Shown here piece by piece: positions 1 through 9,843 of a stretch of 64,000 nucleotides of DNA; position 1 is the stretch's first letter; each line of letters begins with the position of its first letter. The stretch is from an uncultured Acidobacteriota bacterium (GTDB lineage Bacteria > Acidobacteriota > Blastocatellia > RBC074). A program made the position numbers and the translations under genes. The notes beneath the pieces are model-generated. The model was not told where the DNA came from and did no database searches. It saw only the letters and a list, made by a program, of their open reading frames with translations. The DNA lies in assembly GCA_963800895.1 (NCBI GenBank), contig CAWDDA010000015.1, forward strand, positions 231,003-295,002, in the 5' to 3' direction.

Positions 1-149
1 CAAGATTTGCCTGCGAGTCGAACGGGAATGGATAGATGGTAAGATGAAAGTATATATCGAAGATTATGTGTGCGGCCACAAGCGTTGTAAAATATGCAGC
101 GATGGAACAGTTTCCTGCCCCTGAAAGAATTGAGGTTAATGTCCTGATA

Positions 150-362
150 ATGCCAGGATTTACGGCAGAGGCCTCGCTTTACCGAACACCGAAGTGCTAT
201 CGAGACACCCACGGGCTCGAGCGCCGGAGCGATGCAGTAGAGCCACAAACGCATTTAAGGCCGCCGGTTTACAATAGGTGTACGTGGTTAAACTTTTGTT
301 GCATCGAGTATCACGATTCGTGGTGTTGCAAAAAGTTTCACGAGAGCTGCCTGCTACTATGA
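150..362 (+). CDS. small Cys-rich peptide, PGFTAE-box paralog A (70 aa; ORF track 66..362)
   Basis: The in-frame ATG at 150 gives MPGFTAEASLY, the same N-terminal box as the ORFs at 579 and 959. There are 7 Cys, mostly in the C-terminal half. A GAGG lies about 14 nt upstream. Confidence 0.5.
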   Translation: MPGFTAEASLYRTPKCYRDTHGLERRSDAVEPQTHLRPPVYNRCTWLNFCCIEYHDSWCCKKFHESCLLL

Positions 363-578
363 TAAATGCCAACAAGTAGTTGGAGTCGAGTAGCCGGATG
401 GAGCGTGGCGAAATCCAGAGGGATAAAAAAGACGCAACCTTTTCTACTTCAACACCGATGTCACTGAGAAGTTCTTTGTGCGCGTGGATCTGACCGAGGA
501 GTTTCCGTTCCTGATCACTAAGATGTCGCCGTATTGTGATCGTCAAGGTTGATTGTAAGATGAAAGGAGGGAAATGAA

Positions 579-809
579 ATGAAGTACATGCCAGGATTTA
601 CCGCAGAGGTATCGCTTTATAAGCCGAGTGGATATTATCAGATGATCACTCTTCTAAATCAGGCTAACGTAACCATATATCCAGCACAATTGCTGGTCAC
701 AGATACGCAGTCCTTTTGGCCAGGCTTACTTCATTGGCCCATTGTCGAGCCAACCTGTATCCGCCTGTGTCTACCAGGGGGAGGATACTGCCGTTGGATT
801 TGCTTCTGA
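579..809 (+). CDS. small Cys-rich peptide, PGFTAE-box paralog B (76 aa)
   Basis: Starts MKYMPGFTAEVSLY, contains GYYQ and YPAQL, and has 4 Cys in the last 17 aa. A strong AGGAGGG RBS lies 8 nt upstream. Confidence 0.6.
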   Translation: MKYMPGFTAEVSLYKPSGYYQMITLLNQANVTIYPAQLLVTDTQSFWPGLLHWPIVEPTCIRLCLPGGGYCRWICF

Positions 810-958
810 GGCCTGGTGCAGGGAGAAAAGTCGGTTTAAGACGAACGGACTGATAGACTGATAACGCCACTTGTAAATAATCGAGGAGTTTCCCTTTCTG
901 GTATTACGACCGGTGAGGTCGAAAAACCCAAATGTCGGGAGGTAAAGAGGTAAGCGAA

Positions 959-1177
959 ATGACAAGATTGCCAGGATTTACCGCCGAAGCGTCTGTGTAC
1001 AATATAAACGGCTATTACCAAACGGCTATTAAGGCTGGCCAAGTCAGTGGAGCTGTATATCCAGCTCAACTGATGGCGGAGCTTTTCGGCCACAGTCAAT
1101 GGGGTTGTTTGGTTTCCAAGTGTATTAGATTGCCGCTTGGAAATGAACGATACGCTCTCTATTGCTACTGCTGGTAG
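959..1177 (+). CDS. small Cys-rich peptide, PGFTAE-box paralog C (72 aa; ORF track 932..1177)
   Basis: Starts MTRLPGFTAEASVY, contains GYYQ and YPAQL, and has 4 Cys in the last 23 aa, sharing a CIRL motif with paralog B. An AGAGG lies 8 nt upstream of the ATG at 959. Confidence 0.6.
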   Translation: MTRLPGFTAEASVYNINGYYQTAIKAGQVSGAVYPAQLMAELFGHSQWGCLVSKCIRLPLGNERYALYCYCW

Positions 1178-1238
1178 CGCGCGTAGGATGCGCTGAAGTA
1201 CGAAATGCGTCGCATCGCGATTGATGCGGTTCGGGAAG

Positions 1239-2253
1239 CTAACTGAAAATGCCATGTGCTGCCGACCGGCTCCGTTTAATGAGCTGGCATGCAGCTTCGA
1301 AGACATCCTCCTCGCTCACCGCATTCAAAGCAGTCGCGCGGATGTGCATACGATTTGGACTCAGCACGTCGCGTGTCAGAGGCGTCAAAGCTCCCGAAGC
1401 TGTTACCACCGGAGCGCCCGCTGCAGCGGCAATGTGCGCCGGGCCCGTATGATTTGCAATAAAGAGACTCATGCGCGCGGATGCGGAGACAAAATCCTCT
1501 AGTTTTGGTGACTCGAGTACGATCACTCGTTTAGAACCCACCTGCTTTGCGATCTTTTTTGCGAGACCCTTTTCATCGGGGCCGGCAAAGATGAGCGCGC
1601 GCGCATCGAAGTTATGGATCATTCGAGCTGCCAGAGATGCGAAGCGTTCGGCCGGCCATCGATCTTTTCCGCGCCTTGCACCGGCATGAACTCCCACAAG
1701 TAACTCTCCGGAGCCGACCCGATGTTTGGAAAGAAGCTTTTCAAAGCGTTGATCAGCGTCGGTGTTGGTGAACAATCGCGGCTCGGCCTCGACAGGTCTG
1801 ACCCCCAGAGGTTCAAGCCTGCGCAGGAACTCGTGTGCAACATGCAGGCTGACGGGAGTGCGATTCGAGATTATCCGTCTCAGCTTGTCGAGGGTGCGCG
1901 GTGATTCTTCTTCAAGCGTCGGTGCGGAAACGAGTCTGATTGCCAGCGAAGACTCGAAGTTCCTTGCAAGATCGATTGCGACGTCGAAGGCCCTTCCGCG
2001 AAGCATTCGAGCGGTCTGCGCGGTCTGGTAGAGACGGTTAGGAAGAAATAGACCTCGAGCCAGCCGTTCTGTACTCAGGATCTCATCCGCAAGCTGTCCG
2101 AGTCTAGAGGATGTCGGTGCCCTCCCGGCTCGCGGCAATCGTGATCGAGGCGTCAGGAAGGTGCCGACGGAGAGAACGCAATGCAGGAACTGCAAGCACG
2201 CTCTCAGTGATGCCAGTGATGTGTGCTATGAAGATTGCTTGCGGCGTTGGCAT
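1239..2253 (-). CDS. glycosyltransferase family 9 (heptosyltransferase-like), interrupted by a 1-nt frameshift near 2104-2108
   Basis: The ORF 1239..2195 carries [14 protein letters not shown] and other C-terminal GT9 motifs. The true N-terminus [41 protein letters not shown] lies in another frame, starting at the ATG at 2253. Confidence 0.7.
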
Positions 2254-3810
2254 CCTCTAACTGCTGCTCCGGAAGCAGGCTGCGTCCGGTCATCTCCTCG
2301 GGCGGCTGAATTCCAAGCAGTGCGAGCATTGTAGGCGCGATGTCTTCAAGGGCGCCATTCGATCGAAGGGATCCCGTGAATCGCGGATCGCATAATATAA
2401 AGGGAACTGGATTGTTGGTATGTGCGGTGCCTGGAGCCAACGTCTCAGGATCGATCATCTGTTCGGCGTTGCCATGGTCGAGGTAATAATTGCCGCCCCC
2501 TTGACGCGTTCGATCGTTCCAATGATCCATCCGAGACAGGTATCAATCGCCTCGACAGCAGCGATCGTCGCCTTCAAATTGCCGGTGTGACCAACCATGT
2601 CGGCATTGGCAAGGTTCACGATTATCACGTCAAACTCGCCGTCATCGAGTGCACGGCAAATCTTGTCGGTCACTTTGAAAGCGCTCATCTCGGGCTTCAG
2701 ATCATAGGTTGCAACATCGGGTGATGGGACGAGGATGCGGCTCTCACAAGGAAACTCAGGCTCGACACCTCCGTTGAAAAAGTAAGTAACGTGGGCGTAT
2801 TTCTCGGTCTCGGCAACCCGCAGGTTCCGAACGCCATGTGAAGCGAACACCTCAGCCAGCGTGTTGTGAATCGAAACTGGCGGAAAGACTATTGGCGTAG
2901 TAAACGAGCGATCGTACTGTGTAAACGCAGCAAAGTTGAGCTCGGAAATGGGTTCGCGTACAAAGGCATCGAACGTACGGCCCGAGAACGCGCGCGTCAA
3001 CTGGCGGGCGCGATCTGCGCGAAAATTGAAGAAGATGATCGAATCGCCGCTTCGGACACGACCGATCGGATTGCCGAGTTCGTCAATGATGACAACAGGC
3101 TCGATGAATTCATCCGTGACTCCGAGCTCGTAAGACTCTTGAATCGCGCGACGCGGATCAGTCCCCATCCGGCCTTTGCCCGACGCAATCGCTAAATAGG
3201 CCCGTTCAATCCGGTCCCATCGATTGTCACGGTCCATTGCAAAATATCGGCCGCAGAGCGAGGCGATCCTTCCAACTCCGATGCGCTCCATTTCAACGGT
3301 CAGCTCGTCCAGGTATTTCAAAGCTGCTGTGGGAGCAGTATCACGTCCGTCCGTAAAACAATGGACGAAGACTCTCTTCACGCCTCGCGAAGCAGCCATC
3401 TCCAGTAAAGCCACCAGGTGTGAAAGCGAAGAATGAACGCCGCCGTCGGAGACAAGACCCATGAGGTGCAGTGCTGTATGTTCTCCAGCATCTACAGCTG
3501 TCTGAAGAACAGGGTTAGCTGCAAACGTGCCAGACGCGATGGCTTCGTCGATCCGTGTGATGTCCAGTGGGACTATGCGGCCTGCTCCGATATTGAGGTG
3601 GCCAACTTCAGAGTTACCCATGAAGGGTTCAGGGAGTCCGACGCGGGCTCCGGAGCCTTCGAGCAGGGTATGTGGATATTTCAGTAGGTACTCATCAAGG
3701 AAAGGAGTTCGAGCGAGTGCGATCGCATTTCCTTCAGTCGGTTCAGCATCACCAAATCCGTCGAGAATGATCAGCGCGACGGGACGCTTTTCAAGCATCG
3801 TCACCGGCAT
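2204..3810 (-). CDS. gpmI: 2,3-bisphosphoglycerate-independent phosphoglycerate mutase, split by a frameshift near 2474-2484
   Basis: The ORF 2455..3810 encodes LIILDGFG through [10 protein letters not shown]. The ORF 2204..2530 continues in another frame with [12 protein letters not shown] through EMTGRSL. Confidence 0.9.
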
Positions 3811-3962
3811 ACAGCACGATCATAACCGAAAAGAACGTGACCACGAAAGAACCCTGTGCTAGACTTTTCAGTCGACGAGTCGTGCAGCCGAAGGGGAGGT
3901 GTGCACGACTAATGCCTCTGAGCCTTAACGAGGATTCGAACCTCGTGGCATAATGACTAGCA

Positions 3963-6341
3963 ATGTTTTGTACAGTTTGTGGCCAAACAATAGCTGATGG
4001 ATCGACCTTCTGTCCCTCCTGCGGGGGCGAACTCGCCACCGCCAGGCTTCCCAAACCGCCCGGATCGAATTCGGATCCTTTGAGGACTTCGGTCTGGCCG
4101 TCAGGTGAGAGCCAAGACCCAGCTTTAAAGAAGACTGAAGGCGGAAACCCAACAGCACCGGTTTCAGCTGGTGACCCGGGGCCGCCTCCTGTCCGCGCGC
4201 GTACGAGTGGTAATGCGGTAGGGAAAGTCCTGGGAGGGCGGTACCAACTCGACGAGTTCATCGCTTCGGGTGGAATGGGTGATATTTACCGTGCTCGCCG
4301 CCTGCATATCGGCGACACCGTGGCTGTAAAGGTCCTTCGCCCGGAGGTTATCGAGAACGCTCAATCGAGACAGCGGTTCTACCGCGAGGCAAGGGCTGCC
4401 GCGATGCTTCACCATCCAAATGCCGTCGTGATTCACGACTTTGGCGAAGACCAGGATGGGACGGTGTACATTGTGATGGAGCTTCTGGCGGGACAAAGTC
4501 TGCGCCAGGCACTCATCGAGACTGGCAAGATCCCGCCTGATCGCGCTGCAAATATCATCCGGCAGGCCTGCGCGGCACTCGAGGCCGCACATCGGAGCGG
4601 CATTGTTCATAGAGACATCAAGCCGGACAACATAATGCTTCTTGACGCTCACGGCGAAGGTGATTACGTCAAGCTGCTCGATTTCGGCATTGCCAAACTG
4701 CGTGACGTGATGCTCGATACGCTGAGTCTCGAGAAGAACCTCACCAACGTCGGGACGGTGATCGGGACGCCTCACTACATGTCACCCGAGCAATGCCAGG
4801 GAGAGTCTGCTGACGCCCGCTCTGATGTCTACAGTCTCGGTGTGGTGACGTACGAGATGCTGACCGGTATGACACCGTTTATGGCAAAGACTCCTACCGG
4901 AGTGGCCATCAAGCACGTCACCGAGAAACCAAAGCCACCTTCGGAAGTTCACCGCGCGATCAACTCCTCGCTCGAGAAGGTGATCCTCAAAGCGCTCGAG
5001 AAGGAACCGTCAAAGCGGCACCAGTCAGCTATCGAGTTTGCAACTGATTTCGCGAACGGTGTAGTTGCTGAAAAAGCGACGGCTGTTCTCGCTGGTGTCC
5101 CAACCACAGCTGGCTTAGGTGCGGACACTGACGCGCAGAACCTTGCCGGCGAAGAGAAAGCACAAAAGCCTTCCGGAGTTGCCGACGAAGTGCGGCCTGA
5201 CTATGAGACCCAGTTCGCACCTCCCGACGGAACTGAACCGCTAAAGGCAGGTGCCACAGTACCCATCGGAGCCCCGGCGAACCTCGATAAGAACAAAGAA
5301 GCCGTATCGAAGCCGGAGAAGAAAGCGCCAGCAAAACCTGATGGCAAACTCGCGGCCGGTGCTGCCGCCTTGAAAACCGTTCCGGCGCCGGGTACTCCTT
5401 CGAAGACGCCGGCGGGCGCACCTCGTCGAAGCTCCGCGGCTCCGATGATTGGAGCCGGGGTGGGCGGCTTAGTGATCCTCGCAGTAATCGGATGGTTTGT
5501 TTTCGGCAGAGGAGGCGCGAATCAACCTTCAGTCGCTCCGCCTACACCGACTGCTTCTGTGGTTCCGAGTCCTGAAGTCTCTCCGACGCCACTCAATAGC
5601 GCGTCAAATCCTCCCCTGGGAATGAAGTACGTTCTGGGCGGGGAATTCATGATGGGTCGGGATGATGGAGAGGACGACGAACGTCCGGCGCACAGCGTGG
5701 CAGTCAAGCCGTTCTTTATCGACGAGACTGAGGTCACGAACGAGCAGTATCAAAAGTTTATAGCGGAGAATAATTATCCGCCGCCACCCTCGTGGCCGGA
5801 TGGTAAGTTACCTGCAGGATCGGAGACGCTTCCCGTCACCGATGTTACCTGGGAGGATGCCCGTGCTTATTCCAGCTGGGCTGGCAAACGACTTCCATCC
5901 GAAGAAGAGTGGGAATTCGCGGCTCGAGGGACCGATGGTCGGCGCTATCCGTGGGGCGAAACGTGGCAAACCGACGCTGCCAACGTCCTGTCGAAGACAG
6001 GTGAGAAACGTACGGCCGAACCTGTCGGGCGCCATCCTCTAGGCGCAAGTCCATTTGGAGTTCACGATCTTTCAGGAAATGTCTGGGAGTGGACCTCAAG
6101 TGATTTTGTGGCTTATCCGGGCGGCAAGGTAACTGACACTCCTCCGGGTTATAAGAATATTAAGGTGATCCGCGGAGGATCGTATGTGAGCCAGGCGGCG
6201 CAGGCTACTGCGACGTTAAGACGTGGCTGGCCCGCGACTCGGGACGACTGGCCGCGACCTGGTGATCAGTTTTACAAGCCGGGTACTGTCGATTATTCAA
6301 AGACTGGATTTCGTTGCGCGCAGGATGCTCCTCAGCCCTAG
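3963..6341 (+). CDS. Ser/Thr protein kinase with N-terminal zinc ribbon, one TM helix and a C-terminal FGE-sulfatase (SUMF1-like) domain
   Basis: CxxC..CxxC at the N-terminus. Kinase motifs [11 protein letters not shown] and SPE. TM segment [20 protein letters not shown]-terminal [30 protein letters not shown] and RGGS motifs. Confidence 0.85.
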   Translation: MFCTVCGQTIADGSTFCPSCGGELATARLPKPPGSNSDPLRTSVWPSGESQDPALKKTEGGNPTAPVSAGDPGPPPVRARTSGNAVGKVLGGRYQLDEFIASGGMGDIYRARRLHIGDTVAVKVLRPEVIENAQSRQRFYREARAAAMLHHPNAVVIHDFGEDQDGTVYIVMELLAGQSLRQALIETGKIPPDRAANIIRQACAALEAAHRSGIVHRDIKPDNIMLLDAHGEGDYVKLLDFGIAKLRDVMLDTLSLEKNLTNVGTVIGTPHYMSPEQCQGESADARSDVYSLGVVTYEMLTGMTPFMAKTPTGVAIKHVTEKPKPPSEVHRAINSSLEKVILKALEKEPSKRHQSAIEFATDFANGVVAEKATAVLAGVPTTAGLGADTDAQNLAGEEKAQKPSGVADEVRPDYETQFAPPDGTEPLKAGATVPIGAPANLDKNKEAVSKPEKKAPAKPDGKLAAGAAALKTVPAPGTPSKTPAGAPRRSSAAPMIGAGVGGLVILAVIGWFVFGRGGANQPSVAPPTPTASVVPSPEVSPTPLNSASNPPLGMKYVLGGEFMMGRDDGEDDERPAHSVAVKPFFIDETEVTNEQYQKFIAENNYPPPPSWPDGKLPAGSETLPVTDVTWEDARAYSSWAGKRLPSEEEWEFAARGTDGRRYPWGETWQTDAANVLSKTGEKRTAEPVGRHPLGASPFGVHDLSGNVWEWTSSDFVAYPGGKVTDTPPGYKNIKVIRGGSYVSQAAQATATLRRGWPATRDDWPRPGDQFYKPGTVDYSKTGFRCAQDAPQP

Positions 6342-6385
6342 CACCAGCGCAGCGCATTGAGGCGACAAGCTCGCCGGGTGACATT

Positions 6386-7499
6386 ATGAAAAAACGAACG
6401 CTCCTCATCACGTGTCTACTTCTGTTGGTAATTACAAGTGGGACGACTTATGTATTTGCTCAAGGCGGCGACGGTCGCCTGCCGGGCGCCAAGTCTACAA
6501 AGCCAAAACCGACACCAACCCCGGCGGCGGCGAAACCGGTGAAAGAAGAGCCGCCGCCGCCACCGGCAGCGCGTGCGCCTGCGAGCATAACGCCGGTTGT
6601 ATTCAACCAGCTGGTAACTGGAAGTCTTGATCCACAGCAGTCCGGACAGATTAAGGTCGGAATCTATTATGACGAGTTCAGCGTCGCGCTGAGTGACGCA
6701 GACCTCTTCACGATCTTTTTGCAAAGCGCCAATCCTGCGCTTGCAGTTCAGATCTACGAAAAGGAAGGCAAGGGCCTGCCGACGCTGCGTGACCCGCGCA
6801 GCGGAGAGTTCAAGCTCGATACAACAGGCGGCACGGTGCCCAAAGAAGGCGAATATCGCATCCGCGTGGTCGGCGCCGTGGACCCAGCGATCGGACCAAT
6901 CGGCTACACGCTCCGTTTGAACAGGACCGGTCTTACCGAATCAGGTTATCAGGCTCGTTTACAGGCCATCACCGCAGCATTCAATGCTCCTGATTCAAAG
7001 AACATCGACGACACTATCAGCCGTCTCGAAAAGCTGGCCGCCGATGACGATAGCGAGCCCGGCGCATGGGAACTGCTCGGAGTAATGTATGTCTATCACA
7101 AGAATGACCTGGTGAAGGCTGCCGCCGCCATGGAAAAGGCGATCGCGCTCAAGGGCGCCGCTGTTTTTCGTGTGACCTACGATCCGCAACCCGGCCGGAA
7201 GGCGAACAAGAAGCCGGACGGGAAGTATGATTTTGTGGTATCCGAAATCGGGCTGGTTGCGGATCACGCCGGATCGTCTGCAGCTGGTGGATGCAGCTAA
7301 CGAAGCAGCGCAAGTGCTCAATCTGACCAGCTCACAGATCAAAGAAGTGACACCGTCAAAGATGAATACGCTTTTGGTGATTCTTCTTAAGTCTGTCGAT
7401 CAATCACGTCCATACGCCTTCACCCCTGGATCCAAGTCACAACCTGAGATTGATCTGATTCTCAAGACCATCAGGCAACACGTGCCGCCCAGAGGGTAG
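6386..7499 (+). CDS. secreted hypothetical protein (signal peptide, Pro-rich linker, TPR-like segment), frameshift near 7250-7262
   Basis: MKKRTLLITCLLLLVITSGTTYVFAQ signal peptide at the ATG at 6386. The ORFs 6314..7300 and 7227..7499 join sensibly as VVSEIG/WLRITPDRLQLVD. Confidence 0.55.
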
Positions 7500-7502
7500 T
7501 TG

Positions 7503-8909
7503 ATGCCGAAACTTTGGGGCGGAAGATTTTCAGGAGAGACTGACCCGCATTTTGCTTCTTTCAATTCGAGCTTCCGGTTCGATCGACGATTGTTGAGTGC
7601 CGATATTCGCGGCTCGATCGCCCAGGCCGCAGCGCTTGGGCGAGCCGGAATAATCGATCAGAACGAAGCTCGCGCGATCGTCAATGGGCTCGAGAAGTTG
7701 CTTGAGCTATCAAAAGATCCTGCCTACATAGCCAATCCTGAATTTGAAGATACTGAAGATGTGCACAGCTTTATCGAAGCCCGGCTTGTCGAATTGATTG
7801 GGCCCGCCGGCTACAAGCTTCACACAGGACGCAGCCGCAATGATCAGGTCGCAACCGCCACTCGAATTTTTCTGCGCGATGAGATCGATCGCATCGACCG
7901 TCTAATAAGAGAGGTTGAAGCCGCTCTGGTGAAACTCGCCGAGCGGTATAAAGATGATCCGATCCCCGGCTACACGCATCTTCAGAAGGCACAACCAGTA
8001 CTATTCGCGCACTTCCTGCTCGCCTATTTCGAGATGCTCGAACGCGATCGCGCCCGTCTCTCCGATACCAGGCGCCGGACAAATGTTTGCCCGCTTGGAA
8101 GTGGTGCACTCTCGGGAACCGGCTTTGGAGTAGATCGTGAGTGGATTGCTGCTGAGCTCGGATTTGACGGGGTGACACACAACAGCCTCGATGCCGTCAG
8201 CGATCGCGATTACGTGATCGAGTTCATATACATCGCCGCAAATACGATGATGCATCTTTCGCGACTCGCAGAAGACCTGATCATCTATTCGACCCAGGAG
8301 TTTGGTTTCATCAAGCTGGGGGATGCCATCGCGACCGGTAGCAGCCTCATGCCGCAGAAGAAGAACCCCGATTCCCTGGAGCTCATCAGGGGAAAGGCGG
8401 GCCGCGTGTTTGGACATTTGATGGCAATGCTTACGGTGTCAAAGGGGTTGCCGCTCGCGTACAACAAGGATTTCCAGGAAGACAAGGAAGCAGTTTTTGA
8501 TACGATCGATACATTATCCGAATGTCTGCGCGTAACGGTCACCGTGTTGAAAAATGTAGAGCTCGATACAACGCGCGCAAGAGCGGCCGCCGAAAGTGAC
8601 TACACTGATGCGACTGATCTTGCCGATTATCTTGTACGTCGCGGGTTGGAGTTCAGAAACGCGCACGAAATCGTCGGCAAGGTGGTCATCTATGCTCTCG
8701 AGAAAGGCAAGCAGTTGAGAGATCTCAGGCTCGAGGAACTTCGTGACTTCTCGACAAAGTTTGATGAGGATGTATTCGCGGAATTGTCACTCGAAAAAAC
8801 GTTGTCAGCGAGAGCGCAAACCGGTGGTACCTCGCCAGAGCGAGTTAAAGACGAATTGATGCGCGCAAACGAAATTCTATCCAGGGGACAAGATTTGGGG
8901 CGTGAATAA
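7503..8909 (+). CDS. argH: argininosuccinate lyase
   Basis: MPKLWGGRFSG at the start; HTGRSRNDQV and GSSLMPQKKNPD signature motifs. Confidence 0.95.
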   Translation: MPKLWGGRFSGETDPHFASFNSSFRFDRRLLSADIRGSIAQAAALGRAGIIDQNEARAIVNGLEKLLELSKDPAYIANPEFEDTEDVHSFIEARLVELIGPAGYKLHTGRSRNDQVATATRIFLRDEIDRIDRLIREVEAALVKLAERYKDDPIPGYTHLQKAQPVLFAHFLLAYFEMLERDRARLSDTRRRTNVCPLGSGALSGTGFGVDREWIAAELGFDGVTHNSLDAVSDRDYVIEFIYIAANTMMHLSRLAEDLIIYSTQEFGFIKLGDAIATGSSLMPQKKNPDSLELIRGKAGRVFGHLMAMLTVSKGLPLAYNKDFQEDKEAVFDTIDTLSECLRVTVTVLKNVELDTTRARAAAESDYTDATDLADYLVRRGLEFRNAHEIVGKVVIYALEKGKQLRDLRLEELRDFSTKFDEDVFAELSLEKTLSARAQTGGTSPERVKDELMRANEILSRGQDLGRE

Positions 8910-9090
8910 GACCCGATTGCGAAGAACCGGCCAGCGAGCTGGGAACCCACTGGCCGATTCTGAACTGCTGATGTCCTCACCTCATCAACAGTCGGACTAT
9001 CCTACAATTTGCTACAATGCCTATCCCATTGTCAAGCGTCAAGATAAAGGATTGCTAATATAGTACTTATAGCTCCACCCTGACGGCACT

Positions 9091-9822
9091 TTAATCTGAC
9101 CTCACAATTCGTTGACCGTCGAGGCAAGCCATCAGTTTCGACAATGCATCCTGGACTGCTTTTTCGTCCTTGGATTCGAGTGTCAATTTGACGCGATAAT
9201 CGGTGGACGAAAAATTTGGATAGGATCCGACCATTACTGAAGGGCATGCCAGCGCGACCTCGCTCAAACGTTCCGCGAGCTCAAATTCATCTTCGGTTGT
9301 GTAGATTGCCCTGACGAAGAATGGATTCGCACGAAAGCTTTCGCGGATCGCCTGGAATTTCATTCGAAACAGTTCAGGTACTCCGGGAAGAACGAATACG
9401 TTCCGACAACAGATCACTGGCCAACGCAAATCCGGAGCTTCAATCAACTCGCTCCCTCGCGGAACGTCTGCCATTCGAAGGCGGGATTCGTTCGTTCGGT
9501 CACCGAAATACTGACGGATGCGTGTTTCGAGCTGCGGATGGCGAATGACCGGTTCGTTGAACCCGAGCGCAATACCTGCAATTGTCACGTCATCATGGGT
9601 GGGCCCGACGCCACCCGATGAAAAGACGATGTCAAATAAACTTGACAACTCTTTCACCGCCGCTGCAACTTCATCGACCGAATCAGTGATGACAACGATT
9701 CGACGCAGCTCGATCCCGAGCTCTCTGAGCTCGCCGATCAGAAAGCGCGCGTTCGACTCTTCGGTTTTTCCACTGAGAATCTCATTGCCGACTATCAGGA
9801 TTGCTGCCGTCGATACAGTCAT
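9091..9822 (-). CDS. molybdopterin-binding (MoCF_biosynth / CinA N-terminal-like) domain protein
   Basis: ILIVGNEILSGKTEESNARFL and SGGVGPTHDDVT motifs. Confidence 0.7.
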   Translation of the reverse strand: MTVSTAAILIVGNEILSGKTEESNARFLIGELRELGIELRRIVVITDSVDEVAAAVKELSSLFDIVFSSGGVGPTHDDVTIAGIALGFNEPVIRHPQLETRIRQYFGDRTNESRLRMADVPRGSELIEAPDLRWPVICCRNVFVLPGVPELFRMKFQAIRESFRANPFFVRAIYTTEDEFELAERLSEVALACPSVMVGSYPNFSSTDYRVKLTLESKDEKAVQDALSKLMACLDGQRIVRSD

Positions 9823-9843
9823 TCTAGATTGCGGGGATTCGAA

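Noticed and set aside
160-1306. Antisense ORFs 160..546 and 836..1306 overlapping the peptide genes
   Set aside because: They overlap the conserved PGFTAE-box ORFs on the opposite strand and have no recognisable motifs or RBS. They are likely shadow ORFs.
3925-3950. tRNA T-arm-like string CGAGGATTCGAACCTCG in the gpmI/kinase divergent intergenic region, next to a 9-bp hairpin at 3878-3910
   Set aside because: No acceptor, D or anticodon stems can be built on either strand. It is only a short hairpin, possibly a 5' UTR structure, and is not supportable as an RNA gene.
8910-9090. A possible small RNA or terminator between convergent argH and the MoCF-domain gene (CGGCCAG..CTGGCCG stem)
   Set aside because: It is only a 7-bp stem without a U-tract or conserved motif, which is insufficient evidence.
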